Source: Candidatus Poribacteria bacterium
GTDB lineage: Bacteria; Poribacteria; WGA-4E; JAJDTR01
Length of the DNA stretch: 64,000 bases
Direction of reading: 5' to 3'
NCBI GenBank assembly: GCA_965222225.1
Contig: CBDCTK010000002.1
Location: 2,144,001 to 2,208,000 of the forward strand
Part shown: piece after piece, positions 10,312-20,809 of the stretch
How the letters are laid out: each line of letters starts with the position of its first letter
Position numbering within the stretch: the stretch's first letter is position 1
The notes under the pieces: model-generated
What the model was told of the DNA's origin: nothing
The model's database searches: none
What the model saw: the letters and a program-made list of their open reading frames with translations, nothing else
Position numbers and translations under genes: made by a program

Positions 10312-10904
10312 CGTGGATTTCGTTCGTTAAGGGCACTCTTGTGATGCAGGATGCAAGAGAGATCGTTGTTGATGTTCACGGGATTGGCTATAGCCTCGAA
10401 ATTCCGCCCGGCACCGTTAGCGAATTGCCAACAATCGGCTCGGAAGTCACATTCTACACCCATTATCACCAGAATAGAGAAAATGAGGTCAAACTCTACG
10501 GTTTTACTTCACGTGATGATGTTAAGGTGTTTGAGTTAGCACTTACGGTAAAGGGAGTCGGGCCGACTTTAGCGCAAAACATCGTTTCAAAACTTTCGCC
10601 ATCAGAATTCCAACGCGCAGTGATCGGGGAGGATTCCGCAACGTTGATCCGCGTGCCCCGTCTCAATAAGGAACTTGCCCAACTTTTTATCATAAAGTTA
10701 AAAAACACGATTCGCAAGGTGCAGTTTGAAGCCAAGAGTGAAGTTACGGCACTCGCTCAATATTCGGATGAAGGCGTGCAAGCATTGGTGGGATTGGGCG
10801 CTTCCGAATCTGACGCAGCACGAGCGATGACGGATGCGCAAAAAGCGTTAGGAGACGACGCCAATTTGCAAGACCTTATCCGACTCGCACTTCGATACCT
10901 CTAG
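10308..10904 (+). CDS. ruvA: Holliday junction DNA-binding protein RuvA
   Basis: VDVHGIGY, LYGF, VKGVGP, ALVGLG; lies between ruvC and ruvB. Confidence 0.9.
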   Translation: MTWISFVKGTLVMQDAREIVVDVHGIGYSLEIPPGTVSELPTIGSEVTFYTHYHQNRENEVKLYGFTSRDDVKVFELALTVKGVGPTLAQNIVSKLSPSEFQRAVIGEDSATLIRVPRLNKELAQLFIIKLKNTIRKVQFEAKSEVTALAQYSDEGVQALVGLGASESDAARAMTDAQKALGDDANLQDLIRLALRYL

Positions 10905-10920
10905 TGATTAAGTACGCTCC

Positions 10921-11949
10921 ATGAATAAGCATCACGAAACCTCATCCAAACAGATGAAATCTCTGAATGCAGGGGATGAAAGTTTTGAATACAGCCTCAG
11001 GCCTCAGTCACTACGAGAATTCATCGGGCAGGAAAAGGTTAAGGAGCAGTTACGAATCCATATTGAAGCCGCCAAGCAACGACAGGAAGCGCTTGAGCAT
11101 ATTCTATTGGTTGGCCCACCCGGACTTGGCAAAACAACGCTCGCAAAGATAATTTCAAATGAAATGTCGAGCGGCTTTAAGCAGGGAATCGGCGCGGTGG
11201 TTGAGCGAATAGATCTTGCGTCAATGTTGACCAATCTTGAACCCGGGGATGTGCTATTCATTGATGAGATTCATCGCATTAAGGGGCATGTTCAGGAATC
11301 GTTGTACCCGGTAATGGAGGATTATACGCTCGACTTGCCGATTGGACATGGGCCTTCGGCAGAGATTGTGCAAGTACCGCTCTCCCGATTTACGCTGGTC
11401 GGAGCAACAACCCGCGAGGGATTGTTGGCGGGGCCATTCAGAGACCGCTTCGGCATTCGCCTGCACTTGGAGTATTACACGTCCGCCGAGATTCAGATTG
11501 CCATGCGCAGAAACAGCGAAAAGATGAACGTCCAAATTGACGCGGAAGCGGAACAGGAAATGAGTCGTCGATCGCGGGGTACAATGCGCATTGCCAATAA
11601 ACTGCTGGCTAATGTCCGCGATTACGCTACCGTCAAAGGCGATAGCGTAATAAATTTGGAGATCGCTGCGGAAGCTCTAGAATTCTATGGAATCGATGAA
11701 CTGGGTTTGGACGATTGGGACAGACTTTATTTCCGAACGTTGATTGGAAAGTTCAAGGGGCGTGCCGGGCTGAAAGCACTCGCTATCGCACTGACCGAGG
11801 ATGAACGAACTGTTTCGGAAGTGTATGAACCGTATTACATTAAACTCGGTTTTCTCGCGTTGACGCCTACGGGACGGGTTGCCACAGATGTCGCTCACGG
11901 ACACTTGGGTTATGAACTGCCCGAGGACTTCCAGCGTACGTTCTTTTAG
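10921..11949 (+). CDS. ruvB: Holliday junction helicase RuvB
   Basis: LRPQSLREFIGQ, GPPGLGKTT, LFIDEIHR, FTLVGATTR, RDRFG, YEPY. Confidence 0.97.
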   Translation: MNKHHETSSKQMKSLNAGDESFEYSLRPQSLREFIGQEKVKEQLRIHIEAAKQRQEALEHILLVGPPGLGKTTLAKIISNEMSSGFKQGIGAVVERIDLASMLTNLEPGDVLFIDEIHRIKGHVQESLYPVMEDYTLDLPIGHGPSAEIVQVPLSRFTLVGATTREGLLAGPFRDRFGIRLHLEYYTSAEIQIAMRRNSEKMNVQIDAEAEQEMSRRSRGTMRIANKLLANVRDYATVKGDSVINLEIAAEALEFYGIDELGLDDWDRLYFRTLIGKFKGRAGLKALAIALTEDERTVSEVYEPYYIKLGFLALTPTGRVATDVAHGHLGYELPEDFQRTFF

Positions 11950-12157
11950 ATCCTGTTTGAATAATCGGTGGTAAGACAGTCTTGGTCGCCTGAAGAGGGG
12001 TTTTTCACGTTAAGTTGTCGCCTGCTATACAGCTATCGGAATCTCTATCGCACTCGCTATTCGCTCGCTTGATCCGTACGGGACGGGTTGCCACAGATGT
12101 CGCTCACGGACACTTGGGCTATGAACTGCCCGAGGACTTCCAGCGCACGTTCTTTTA
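11868..12157 (+). repeat. 81-bp direct duplication of the ruvB 3' end (11868-11948 and 12077-12157) flanking a half-MITE
   Basis: The two copies differ at 2 synonymous positions. The intervening 128 bp begins with MITE end GATCCTGTTTGAATAAT and contains a 35-bp unit (12040-12074, minus strand). Confidence 0.9.
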
Positions 12158-12232
12158 AGGAGGCCCCCATTCCGATAAAACCAAGACATTGTTATCCTCT
12201 GATTACGATTGACCACTCGTCAAGGTAGGGAC

Positions 12233-13261
12233 ATGAAACTCGCCGATTTCGATTTCCATCTTCCCGAGCGTTTAATCGCACAATCTCCTGTTTTGCGGCG
12301 AGACACGTCCCGGTTGATGATTATCAATCGACGCACCGGTGTATTCCGACATGCACAATTCGCCCAAATTGATGAATTTCTGCCGGCAGGGGCATTGTTG
12401 ACTCTCAATAATACGAAAGTTATCCCGGCAAGACTAATCGGAAACAAGCCTCATTCGGGAGGAAAAGTTGAATTTCTGCTGGTTGAACAAAGAAGTAACA
12501 ATATTTGGGAGGTTCTTGCAAAACCCGGAAAAAGTATCGTGCCGGGCACGCAAGTTGAATTCGGCGAAGGCCTGTTGAAGGCGCAGGTTCTGGCTCTGGG
12601 GAGGAGTGGTAGCCGCATCGTTCGGTTTGAATATAAGGAAGACTTCCGCGAGATCCTTGCCAAGGTAGGTCAAGTGCCTTTGCCGCCTTATATCAAACGC
12701 GATCCCAAGCCGGCTGATCAGAATCGGTATCAGTGTGTTTACGCAACCTCCGAAGGGGCAATCGCGGCGCCAACTGCGGGGTTACACTTCACCAAGCCGC
12801 TCTTGGAACGACTGAAGCGGAACGGCTTCAATTTTGTGACACTGACCTTGCATGTTGGCTTAGGCACCTTTCAGCCTGTTAAGGTGCGGAATGTGCAAAG
12901 ACACAAGATGCATGCAGAGCATCTTGAGCTCTCTCAGATGGCTGCCGACGCCATCAACGCGGCTAGAGGGGGAAAAAAGAAGATTGTTGCGGTCGGGACA
13001 ACTTCAGCTCGCGCGCTTGAAACCGCCGCTTCGGGAAGCAACATCACACCTTATACCGGCGACACCGACATTTTCATCTATCCGGGCTACCAATTCAAAC
13101 TGGTTGATGCCCTAATCACAAATTTTCATTTACCTAAATCGACACTGTTGATGCTTGTCAGCGCTTTCGCGGGACGCGAGTTGATTCTTAAAGCCTACCG
13201 CGAGGCGATTAAGCGCAAATACCGATTTTACAGCTACGGAGACGCAATGCTGATTCTTTAA
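12233..13261 (+). CDS. queA: S-adenosylmethionine:tRNA ribosyltransferase-isomerase
   Basis: DFDFHLPERLIAQ, PLPPYIKR, AAPTAGLHF, LHVGLGTF, TNFHLPKSTL, YRFYSYGDAMLI. Confidence 0.97.
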   Translation: MKLADFDFHLPERLIAQSPVLRRDTSRLMIINRRTGVFRHAQFAQIDEFLPAGALLTLNNTKVIPARLIGNKPHSGGKVEFLLVEQRSNNIWEVLAKPGKSIVPGTQVEFGEGLLKAQVLALGRSGSRIVRFEYKEDFREILAKVGQVPLPPYIKRDPKPADQNRYQCVYATSEGAIAAPTAGLHFTKPLLERLKRNGFNFVTLTLHVGLGTFQPVKVRNVQRHKMHAEHLELSQMAADAINAARGGKKKIVAVGTTSARALETAASGSNITPYTGDTDIFIYPGYQFKLVDALITNFHLPKSTLLMLVSAFAGRELILKAYREAIKRKYRFYSYGDAMLIL

Positions 13262-13279
13262 TTTTGGAGGATATAATAA

Positions 13280-13576
13280 ATGGACGGAATTACCGGCACA
13301 CTCTTTATGCTCGTTCCAATGTTCGCGATTTTCTACTTTTTGCTGTGGCGCCCGGAGCAGACAAAACGGAAAAAACACCAATCTATGCTGGGAAATTTGT
13401 CGAAGGCGGATGAGGTTGTAACAAACGGGGGATTGCACGGCAAAATCGTCGGCGTGGACAAGGATCTTGTCGTAATTTCGATTGCCGAAGTGGGAGATCA
13501 GAACGTCAAAGTCGAGGTCTCAAGGAGTGCGATTGCCTTCGTGAAGAAAGGCGGAGAGTTGATTGAAGGGGAGTGA
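13280..13576 (+). CDS. yajC: Preprotein translocase subunit YajC
   Basis: IFYFLLWRPEQ..L...DEVVTNGGLHGKI; GGAGG RBS. Confidence 0.9.
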   Translation: MDGITGTLFMLVPMFAIFYFLLWRPEQTKRKKHQSMLGNLSKADEVVTNGGLHGKIVGVDKDLVVISIAEVGDQNVKVEVSRSAIAFVKKGGELIEGE

Positions 13577-13891
13577 ATCCCGGAACAACTTGATGCACTA
13601 AAGTAATCGCCCAGTTTTGCGTGAGCTAGGCTGATTGTAACCATACCGTTTATCTCCAAAGGCTTGGTGAATTAACGCTATAGTCCCGTGCCTCGCGGAT
13701 TATGCGGCTTGTATGGACAAATTCAGACCTGCCTATTCAACTGAATTTACCATGCAAACCCGTGAAATCTGAATGTCTCTTGACAACTGAAGATGTCGTA
13801 TAGACACTCCCATCCCTCTTGGCATCCCCATCTACACAGTCACCCTCCTGCCAGTAGGCTACCGCCTGCGTTAATTTCATGCTGCACCAGA

Positions 13892-14488
13892 TTAGTCCAA
13901 TAATCCCCTGAGCGACAGCGCGGAAGGATTTCGGGAATCCATGCTGATTGCGGTTTGTACCGACGCCTTCGCCAAATCTCTTTTGCCAAGATAGTAATAG
14001 CAAGCCGCTTTCAGCGCATGAAGATCCGCTGCCGATTGATAATCGTGTCGAAAGAAGAATTGGTGGTTTGCGTCAAAGGCATTCTCAAGCGCAAGAAGTG
14101 CGGCTTGAAAGTCGGAGTCGCCTCCTCGACGCAGAAAGAGGGTATTTGCCAAGCCAACCCAAGCGTCCGCGTTAGATGGATCGATGCGTATCGCATCCTC
14201 GAAAGATTCCTTCGCCTTTGCAACAATCTGAGGATTGACTACGGATACTCGCGACATGCTGAGATGACTCCAGCCCAAACCGTTGTAGGCGTCCGCAAGG
14301 TCCGGATTGAGGTTAACGGCGCGCTCAAAACTCAGGAGCGCCGCCGAAAAGTCTTTCTGGTTGTACGCGAGCCAACCGTTCGTCTGTTGTGCACGTGCGG
14401 CTTCGGCGTCGGGGTTTGGGTCTTCGGAGCAACCAAGAACTATAGAGAATAGCAGAAGTGCCGAAAACACGAAGGTACAGTTATTCAT
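13892..14488 (-). CDS. TPR-containing lipoprotein
   Basis: Lipobox IVLGC; TPR motifs (FERAVNLNPDLADAYNGLGW). Confidence 0.7.
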   Translation of the reverse strand: MNNCTFVFSALLLFSIVLGCSEDPNPDAEAARAQQTNGWLAYNQKDFSAALLSFERAVNLNPDLADAYNGLGWSHLSMSRVSVVNPQIVAKAKESFEDAIRIDPSNADAWVGLANTLFLRRGGDSDFQAALLALENAFDANHQFFFRHDYQSAADLHALKAACYYYLGKRDLAKASVQTAISMDSRNPSALSLRGLLD

Positions 14489-14650
14489 CGCAGATTTCCC
14501 CGTAATGCACATCTTAAAATACCGCCAAATCTCATTTCGTCGAGATTGCAATCACCGCATGTAGCGTGTAATAAGAATTCGCCTCCATTTATACCCCATC
14601 CTATCCGCAATTTCAACGCGAAACGGTACGGATGCCAATGGTGAATCCTC

Positions 14651-14679
14651 TTGACACTGCTACTGCCCTTTGCTATGAT
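14651..14679 (+). promoter_or_regulatory. sigma70-like promoter
   Basis: TTGACA-17 bp-TATGAT with TG extension, upstream of the CoA-transferase gene. Confidence 0.65.
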
Positions 14680-14784
14680 TTCACGACGCGAAGCCCGATA
14701 GGGAATCGGGCTTCTCTTGTGTTTGGACTTTTAACGGATTAAATTGGAAGTTAAAATCATTACCGAAAGGTTAATATTTGACCG

Positions 14785-15972
14785 ATGCTAGGTGCGTTAA
14801 CGGGGATTAGAGTGCTTGATCTCACGCGAGTTTTGGCGGGTCCATACGCTACAATGGTCTTGGGCGATCTTGGCGCCGAGGTTATCAAGCTCGAGCAACC
14901 CGGCACCGGCGACGAATCTCGGAATTTCGGACCTTTCAAGAACGGTTTCAGTCTTTACTTTATGAGCGTCAATCGAGGTAAGCAGAGTTTGACGCTTGAC
15001 TTGAAGGCGCCGCAAGGAAAAGAGATTTTTTTGGAATTGGTCAAGCAATCTGACGTTCTTGTCGAGAACTTCCGCCCCGGCGCGATGAAAAAACTCGGGC
15101 TCGATTATGAAACTCTCAAACAATCTCAGCCTTCATTGATTTACGCCGCCTGCTCGGGGTTTGGTCAAACCGGTCCTTATGCCGAGCGAGGGGCGTATGA
15201 TATGATTATCCAAGGGATGGGGGGCATCATCAGCATTACAGGCGAACCTATGCGCCCACCGGTGCGGGTCGGCACTTCAATCAGTGATATCACGGCTGCA
15301 CTGTTTACGGCGATTGGTATACTCTCCGCGCTCCGCCACCGAGATCGGACGGGTGAAGGACAGTTGGTCGATGTCGCTATGCTGGACAGCATGGTCGCAA
15401 TCTTGGAGAATGCCATTGTGCGGCACTTTGCGACGGGCGAGATTCCACAGCCGTTAGGGAGTCAACATCCGGCGATCACTCCGTTTGAGGCCTTTGAGTC
15501 GGCGGACGCATACATCATCATCGCGATAGGTAACGATTCTCTGTGGGAGAAATTCTGCCAACATGTGGAGCGTCTCGACCTCGTCAGTGATGAGCGATTT
15601 GCCACAAATGCATCGCGCACTACAAACCATGACCAACTCCATCCCATTCTTGCCGAGATTATGCGGAGGCGCACCACGGTTCAGTGGATTGAGGGACTGG
15701 ATGCGCTTGGCGTCCCCTGCGGCCCCATCAACACGATTGACAAGGTTGTGAACCACCCTCAAATACTTGCACGGGAGATGATTGCGACAGTTTCACATGA
15801 CATCACCGGGAGCGTAGAGGTGCCTGGAGTGCCGATAAAGTTGTCGAAGACCCCCGGTCAGGTTACCACTCCGGCTCCGGCGCTTGGGGAGCATACCGCA
15901 AAGATTTTGACGGGTTTGCTAGGGAAGTCCCCTGAGACGGTTGACAAGTTGGAGCAAGAGGGGGTTGTATGA
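14785..15972 (+). CDS. Family III (CaiB/BaiF) CoA-transferase
   Basis: LTGIRVLDLTRVLAGP, LGAEVIKLE, NRGKQS, VENFRPG, SGFGQTGPY, YD, PALGEHT. Confidence 0.93.
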   Translation: MLGALTGIRVLDLTRVLAGPYATMVLGDLGAEVIKLEQPGTGDESRNFGPFKNGFSLYFMSVNRGKQSLTLDLKAPQGKEIFLELVKQSDVLVENFRPGAMKKLGLDYETLKQSQPSLIYAACSGFGQTGPYAERGAYDMIIQGMGGIISITGEPMRPPVRVGTSISDITAALFTAIGILSALRHRDRTGEGQLVDVAMLDSMVAILENAIVRHFATGEIPQPLGSQHPAITPFEAFESADAYIIIAIGNDSLWEKFCQHVERLDLVSDERFATNASRTTNHDQLHPILAEIMRRRTTVQWIEGLDALGVPCGPINTIDKVVNHPQILAREMIATVSHDITGSVEVPGVPIKLSKTPGQVTTPAPALGEHTAKILTGLLGKSPETVDKLEQEGVV

Positions 15973-16051
15973 TTTCCCCGAGGAATTTCGTGCCTACCTC
16001 GTGTGTAGAAATTCGATTTAGGAAGGTTCTGCGTTCTCAAAGTTTACATAT

Positions 16052-17137
16052 ATGAAAGAAACAGTGATTCCCCATTATTCAGTTTTAGTGCGTCGCGGGC
16101 TTGTGGAAATCACTCGCCGGGAAATCCAGCGTCGCTTGCAGGACAAGGGCAGGCTTGAATTTGTTACTCAAGAACCGGAACACATTCTGATTCGCTATTC
16201 GGGCGACCCGAGGGAATTGTTATCACTTAGATCCGCGGAGCAGGTGCTCTTGGTTGTTAAGGCGCTGCCAAAAATGTCGCGCTCCCGTCATTCTTTGACA
16301 GCGCTAGAAAAATCACTCGGACGTATTGACTTTCAACCTTATTTTGATATTTGCCGGCGAGTAGGTATACGGTTGCGGAAGCGGGTCACTTTTTGCGTCA
16401 GAAGCCGAATGATTGGGATGCGCAATTTTCGACGTGCCGACCTTCAGCGCGGCGTTGAGCGCGCCTTCATGGCCTATGGATGGCGCGCGATTGAGGAGAA
16501 TCCCGCACTTGAGATCTGGGTGGAGGCCGATGAAGCAAGGGTGACTATCAGCATTAAGCTCTCCTCAAGCGAGATGGCGAGGCGGAACTATAAACGCGCC
16601 AATTTTTCCACCTCACTCAGACCCACTGTCGCATACTCCCTTGTCCAACTCTCCGATCCGCAACCGGAGGATATATTCGTGGATCCTATGTGCGGAGATG
16701 GGACGATTCTCATCGAACGGGCATACTCGGGACGTTTCCGTTACCTGCTTGGCGGAGACATCTCGCTGGAAGCTGTGGAAGCCGCTCAGACAAACATTGG
16801 CAGAAAATATCAACCACGGCAACTCTTCCACTGGGACACCCAGACACTGCCACTCGATCGGCGAAGTGTGGATAAGATCGTGTGCAGTTTGCCATCCGGA
16901 AGAAAGGGCGCCGACAAATCCGAGATCTCCGAACTTTATTGGGAATTACTCACCGAGTGTGAGCGTGCATTGAAACCCACGGGGCGAATGGTACTTCTCA
17001 CGACGCAACGATTTGCTCTTGATAGCTTGTTGAAGGCACAACCCGCTTTCACGACGGAGCAGAGGTTTCGAATCGACCTGCGTGCACGGAATCCGTGGGT
17101 CTATGTTTGCGTGCCAACTGCAGAGAGATTCAGATAA
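16052..17137 (+). CDS. THUMP-domain RNA methyltransferase (Trm11/Trm14/RlmL-like)
   Basis: SLRPTVA, DPMCGDGTILIE SAM-binding motif, N-terminal THUMP-like region. Confidence 0.8.
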   Translation: MKETVIPHYSVLVRRGLVEITRREIQRRLQDKGRLEFVTQEPEHILIRYSGDPRELLSLRSAEQVLLVVKALPKMSRSRHSLTALEKSLGRIDFQPYFDICRRVGIRLRKRVTFCVRSRMIGMRNFRRADLQRGVERAFMAYGWRAIEENPALEIWVEADEARVTISIKLSSSEMARRNYKRANFSTSLRPTVAYSLVQLSDPQPEDIFVDPMCGDGTILIERAYSGRFRYLLGGDISLEAVEAAQTNIGRKYQPRQLFHWDTQTLPLDRRSVDKIVCSLPSGRKGADKSEISELYWELLTECERALKPTGRMVLLTTQRFALDSLLKAQPAFTTEQRFRIDLRARNPWVYVCVPTAERFR

Positions 17138-17265
17138 TTCTAGGCACTTGAAGCCCTCAATGGTCGCGCATATAACGCCGCTATAAAGGTTTCCATCGAG
17201 CGGAGCGACAAAAGAAAACGTCGCGGAAAATCTAGTCTGTCGCTTAGAAACTATAAATCATAACT

Positions 17266-17625
17266 ATGCCGTTCATCAAGATTAACGATTATGAACCCAT
17301 TGAGTTGGTTCCCGGTGCAAAAGCACGCACACCGTACGGCGAACACATTATGCTGTCCTACTTGGAAATGGAGGATGGCGCTGTCGTTCCATTGCACAAA
17401 CATCCGCATGAGCAGGCAGGAATGCTGCTGACGGGCAAAATGGAGTTAACCATTGGCGATGAGACACACGTATGTGTGCCGGGGGACATGTTCATCATCC
17501 CGCCTAACACTCCTCACACCGCGAAAGCTGTTGGTGGTAGCGCAACCCTATTAGACATCTTTAGCCCAGTACGAGAAGATTATGCCGCGCTGTTCAACAA
17601 GTACGCGCGCGAGGGACAACTGTAA
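17266..17625 (+). CDS. Cupin-domain protein
   Basis: PLHKHPHEQ...G...IPPNTPH..LDIFSPVREDY. Confidence 0.88.
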   Translation: MPFIKINDYEPIELVPGAKARTPYGEHIMLSYLEMEDGAVVPLHKHPHEQAGMLLTGKMELTIGDETHVCVPGDMFIIPPNTPHTAKAVGGSATLLDIFSPVREDYAALFNKYAREGQL

Positions 17626-17706
17626 ACGTGTCGCAGCGGACGATGCTTGGTCTTTGACCGTAGCATTTTCAATTGCCCGCAAAATTATCGACGGGAGCAA
17701 AAAAAT

Positions 17707-18489
17707 ATGAGTGATAACAACCTTATCAATGACCAACTACTAAAACAGTATCATGAACAGGGGTATTTTACCGTCAAAGGTTTGTTCACATCCGAGGAAG
17801 TTGAAGGTGTGCGGGACGAGATTCCGAAGATTGTTGAGCGTTATCCCGATGCCCCAAAGGAGTTGGTACAAATCGAGCCAACTGTTGCAAGCGGCGAGAA
17901 AATACCGGAATCCTTCGAACTCGGGGTGCGGAAACTCTCCCGCATGGCGCGGTACAACGAGTTTTTTCGCAACCTCGCCTTCCATCCAAAAATGGTAAAG
18001 ATAGCGAAAACTATACTGGGCCCTGGCATCGTACTGCATCAGGGTCAATTGCTCATGAAACCGCCTCGCCTCGGCGGGGAAAAGATTTGGCATCAAGACA
18101 ACGCTTATTTTCGGCTTGTGCCGAACCATGTCTTCGGCTTTTGGGTGGCGTGCGATGATGCCACCGTCGAAAACGGTTGTATGCACGTAAGACCTGGTTC
18201 GCATACGAAGGGTATCGCTGAACATGCCGGTGTTGGGGATGAATACGGATTGGTAACGCCACAGTCTTTAGAAGGTGCGGTACCCATTCCGTTGAAACCG
18301 GGTGATGCACTCGTCTTCCATGGTGAACTGTACCACTATACCTCGCCAAACATAACCGACAAACGACGGCGCGCAATACAGTATCATTACGCCTCTAGGG
18401 TGTGCCGGCAAACCACTGGGCAAGATCGTTTCAAGATTGAACCGGAAGTCCTAATCGCCGGACAAGACTATGCCGACACGTCAGTTTAA
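17707..18489 (+). CDS. Phytanoyl-CoA dioxygenase (PhyH) family Fe(II)/2OG oxygenase
   Basis: WHQDNAYF, WVACDDATVENGC..PGSH, distal H, RRA. Confidence 0.9.
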   Translation: MSDNNLINDQLLKQYHEQGYFTVKGLFTSEEVEGVRDEIPKIVERYPDAPKELVQIEPTVASGEKIPESFELGVRKLSRMARYNEFFRNLAFHPKMVKIAKTILGPGIVLHQGQLLMKPPRLGGEKIWHQDNAYFRLVPNHVFGFWVACDDATVENGCMHVRPGSHTKGIAEHAGVGDEYGLVTPQSLEGAVPIPLKPGDALVFHGELYHYTSPNITDKRRRAIQYHYASRVCRQTTGQDRFKIEPEVLIAGQDYADTSV

Positions 18490-18515
18490 AGAACTACGAC
18501 CAAAGGAGGAATAAG

Positions 18516-19550
18516 ATGGCTGAACAACTGAAGGTATCAAACGATGCAATAAACGACCCTCAGGAGTTACGTCGCCGTATTCAGGATGAGGGTTATCTGT
18601 TTTTCAAGCGGCTGCAGGATCCGGATAAGTTGCAGGATTTGCGCCGCCAAATGCTGGACGTAATCCAGGAAGGGGGCTGGCTCGTCCCCGGCACCGACCC
18701 GATTGACGGAATAGCAGACCCATTGACGACATGCACCGAAGGTGATATTGGGTACACTGATGTCTATCACGATGTCTATAAGTTACAAGCATTTCACCAA
18801 TCGGGGCACTGGCCCGAAGTGCTTGATCTACTGGAAAAGCTGACGGACAAACCCGTACTGCCGCACCCTCAGAAGATTGCCCGGCTCTGGTTCCCGCAGT
18901 ACATCGATCATACGACGCCGATACACCAGGATTGTGTCCATTTTCAAGGTAACTTCGAGACATATACCTGCTGGGCTCCAGTGGGTGATTGCCCCATCGA
19001 ATTGGGCGGGTTGGCGGTGTTGCCGGGCTCTCATAAAATTGATCGTGTTATAGACCATCACTTCTCATTGGGCGCCGGCGCTCTTCAAATCTACACTGAC
19101 GAAATCGATGGCGAATGGCACAGCACAAACTACGAAATCGGCGATACGCTCTTTTTCTTAGCGTTGACGGTGCATCAGGCATTGCCCAATCTAACTAAGA
19201 ATCGGCTGCGAATCTCTTTGGATAACCGCTATCAGACCATCGGAGATCCAATTTGTGACGAAGTCATCCGCCCGCATCTGAGCCGTTTTAGTTCACTGAG
19301 TTGGGATGATATCTATCAAGGCTGGGAATCGGACGATTTGAAGTATTATTGGAAGGATTTGGTAGATACCCCCGAGACTCCCGTTATACCAAAGGACCAC
19401 GGTTACTCGGAGCACGGGTTTGCGGAAGCACTGTCGCTTGCCAAGGCGGGCGATAGGAAGGCTATAATACACTTGGAGCGCGTTATCAAGAATGATCCCG
19501 CCTCCGATGGGGCAAGAATCGCGCGAGAAGCGATACAGGCACACGTTTGA
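18516..19550 (+). CDS. PhyH-family dioxygenase
   Basis: TPIHQD, WAPVGDCPIELGGLAVLPGSH, VHQALPN, RISLDNRY. Confidence 0.88.
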   Translation: MAEQLKVSNDAINDPQELRRRIQDEGYLFFKRLQDPDKLQDLRRQMLDVIQEGGWLVPGTDPIDGIADPLTTCTEGDIGYTDVYHDVYKLQAFHQSGHWPEVLDLLEKLTDKPVLPHPQKIARLWFPQYIDHTTPIHQDCVHFQGNFETYTCWAPVGDCPIELGGLAVLPGSHKIDRVIDHHFSLGAGALQIYTDEIDGEWHSTNYEIGDTLFFLALTVHQALPNLTKNRLRISLDNRYQTIGDPICDEVIRPHLSRFSSLSWDDIYQGWESDDLKYYWKDLVDTPETPVIPKDHGYSEHGFAEALSLAKAGDRKAIIHLERVIKNDPASDGARIAREAIQAHV

Positions 19551-19689
19551 AAAAAGTTAGAATGTCGGGCCGTGTGAGGATTACCAATCGATTTATAATC
19601 GAAGATGATTTATGATTGGTTGATTGAAAATCGCTACTACAAGCCGGATTGTGCATGCCCTAACACTAGTGATTTTGAAAGGACTCGGA

Positions 19690-20736
19690 ATGATTATAAA
19701 AACAGCCGCTGAACTTAACGAGTTGGTTCGAAAATCGCTGATTTCGGCGGGCGCCGACGAACGGAATGCCAATCGTGTCGCGGAGGCGCTGGTTTCGTCG
19801 AGTTTATGCGGTGTTGATACACACGGCATTCATCATCTACCGGGTTATGTCCGGTATGTGCAATCCGGCGAGATTGTCCCGACAGCCTGGCCCGAAATCC
19901 TGCAAGAGGACGCAACCAGCGCGCGCATCGGTGGAAACTGGACGTTTGGCCATGTCACCGCAAAGTATGGCATGGAAGTGGCTATAGAAAAAGCGAAGAG
20001 TCATAATATATCCGTCGTGAGCATTGTCCAAGCGAACCATATCGGGCGCCTGGGAGAATATGCCGAAATGGCAGTGTCCGAAGGAATGGTAGGCATTGTC
20101 TGGGCAGGAGGGTTTGGCGAGGAAGTTCCTGTTACGGTACCCTATGGCGGGCGTAAACCTATCTTGAGCACCAATCCAATCGGGATGGGGTTCCCGATTG
20201 GGGATGGTTCGCAGATGATTATCGACTACGCCACAACCGTGGTTGCGGGAAGCAAGGTGCCCTCCTATAAGGACAAAAATTTATCCCTACCACCCAACAG
20301 TGTCGTCGATAAGGACGGCAACCCAAGCAACGATCCGGATGCCTATCTCCAGGGAGGGTTTCATCTTCCCTTCGGCGGACACAAGGGTTACGCGTTGATG
20401 CTGGCAGTTGAGTTCCTCGGGCGAATTATGTCGGGGGCGGATGCCTTCGCGGCTGAGGGACGAGGCGGACCGATATTTCGTCGATCCGGTACCACGATGA
20501 TGGCTTTGAGAGCCGATCTGTTTCAGCCGTTCTCCGATTACGCATCCCGAGCAGAGGAGTTGGCGAATCGGGCAAGATCTGCACCTCCAGCGCCGGGCTT
20601 TGATGAAGTGGTAATTCCGGGCGATCTTGAAGCACGAACACGGGAGATACGCTCGCGCGACGGCATCCCTATCCCCGACCCCCTGTGGGAACGGCTCATG
20701 ACGATGGCAGAATCGTTGGGGCTTGATATCGGTTAA
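19690..20736 (+). CDS. Ldh_2-family (malate/L-lactate/ureidoglycolate) dehydrogenase
   Basis: GVDTHG, NHIGRLGEY, STNPI, DYATT, GGHKGYAL, IPG. Confidence 0.9.
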   Translation: MIIKTAAELNELVRKSLISAGADERNANRVAEALVSSSLCGVDTHGIHHLPGYVRYVQSGEIVPTAWPEILQEDATSARIGGNWTFGHVTAKYGMEVAIEKAKSHNISVVSIVQANHIGRLGEYAEMAVSEGMVGIVWAGGFGEEVPVTVPYGGRKPILSTNPIGMGFPIGDGSQMIIDYATTVVAGSKVPSYKDKNLSLPPNSVVDKDGNPSNDPDAYLQGGFHLPFGGHKGYALMLAVEFLGRIMSGADAFAAEGRGGPIFRRSGTTMMALRADLFQPFSDYASRAEELANRARSAPPAPGFDEVVIPGDLEARTREIRSRDGIPIPDPLWERLMTMAESLGLDIG

Positions 20737-20809
20737 ATGGGACTTGTGCAGCTGAATGCTCAAAAGTAATGTAGGTCGGCGAGTCACTATGCGTAATGGG
20801 ATTTCTATC

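Noticed and set aside
13780-13880. TTGACA promoter and small RNA after yajC
   Set aside because: No properly spaced -10 box and no recognisable RNA structure.
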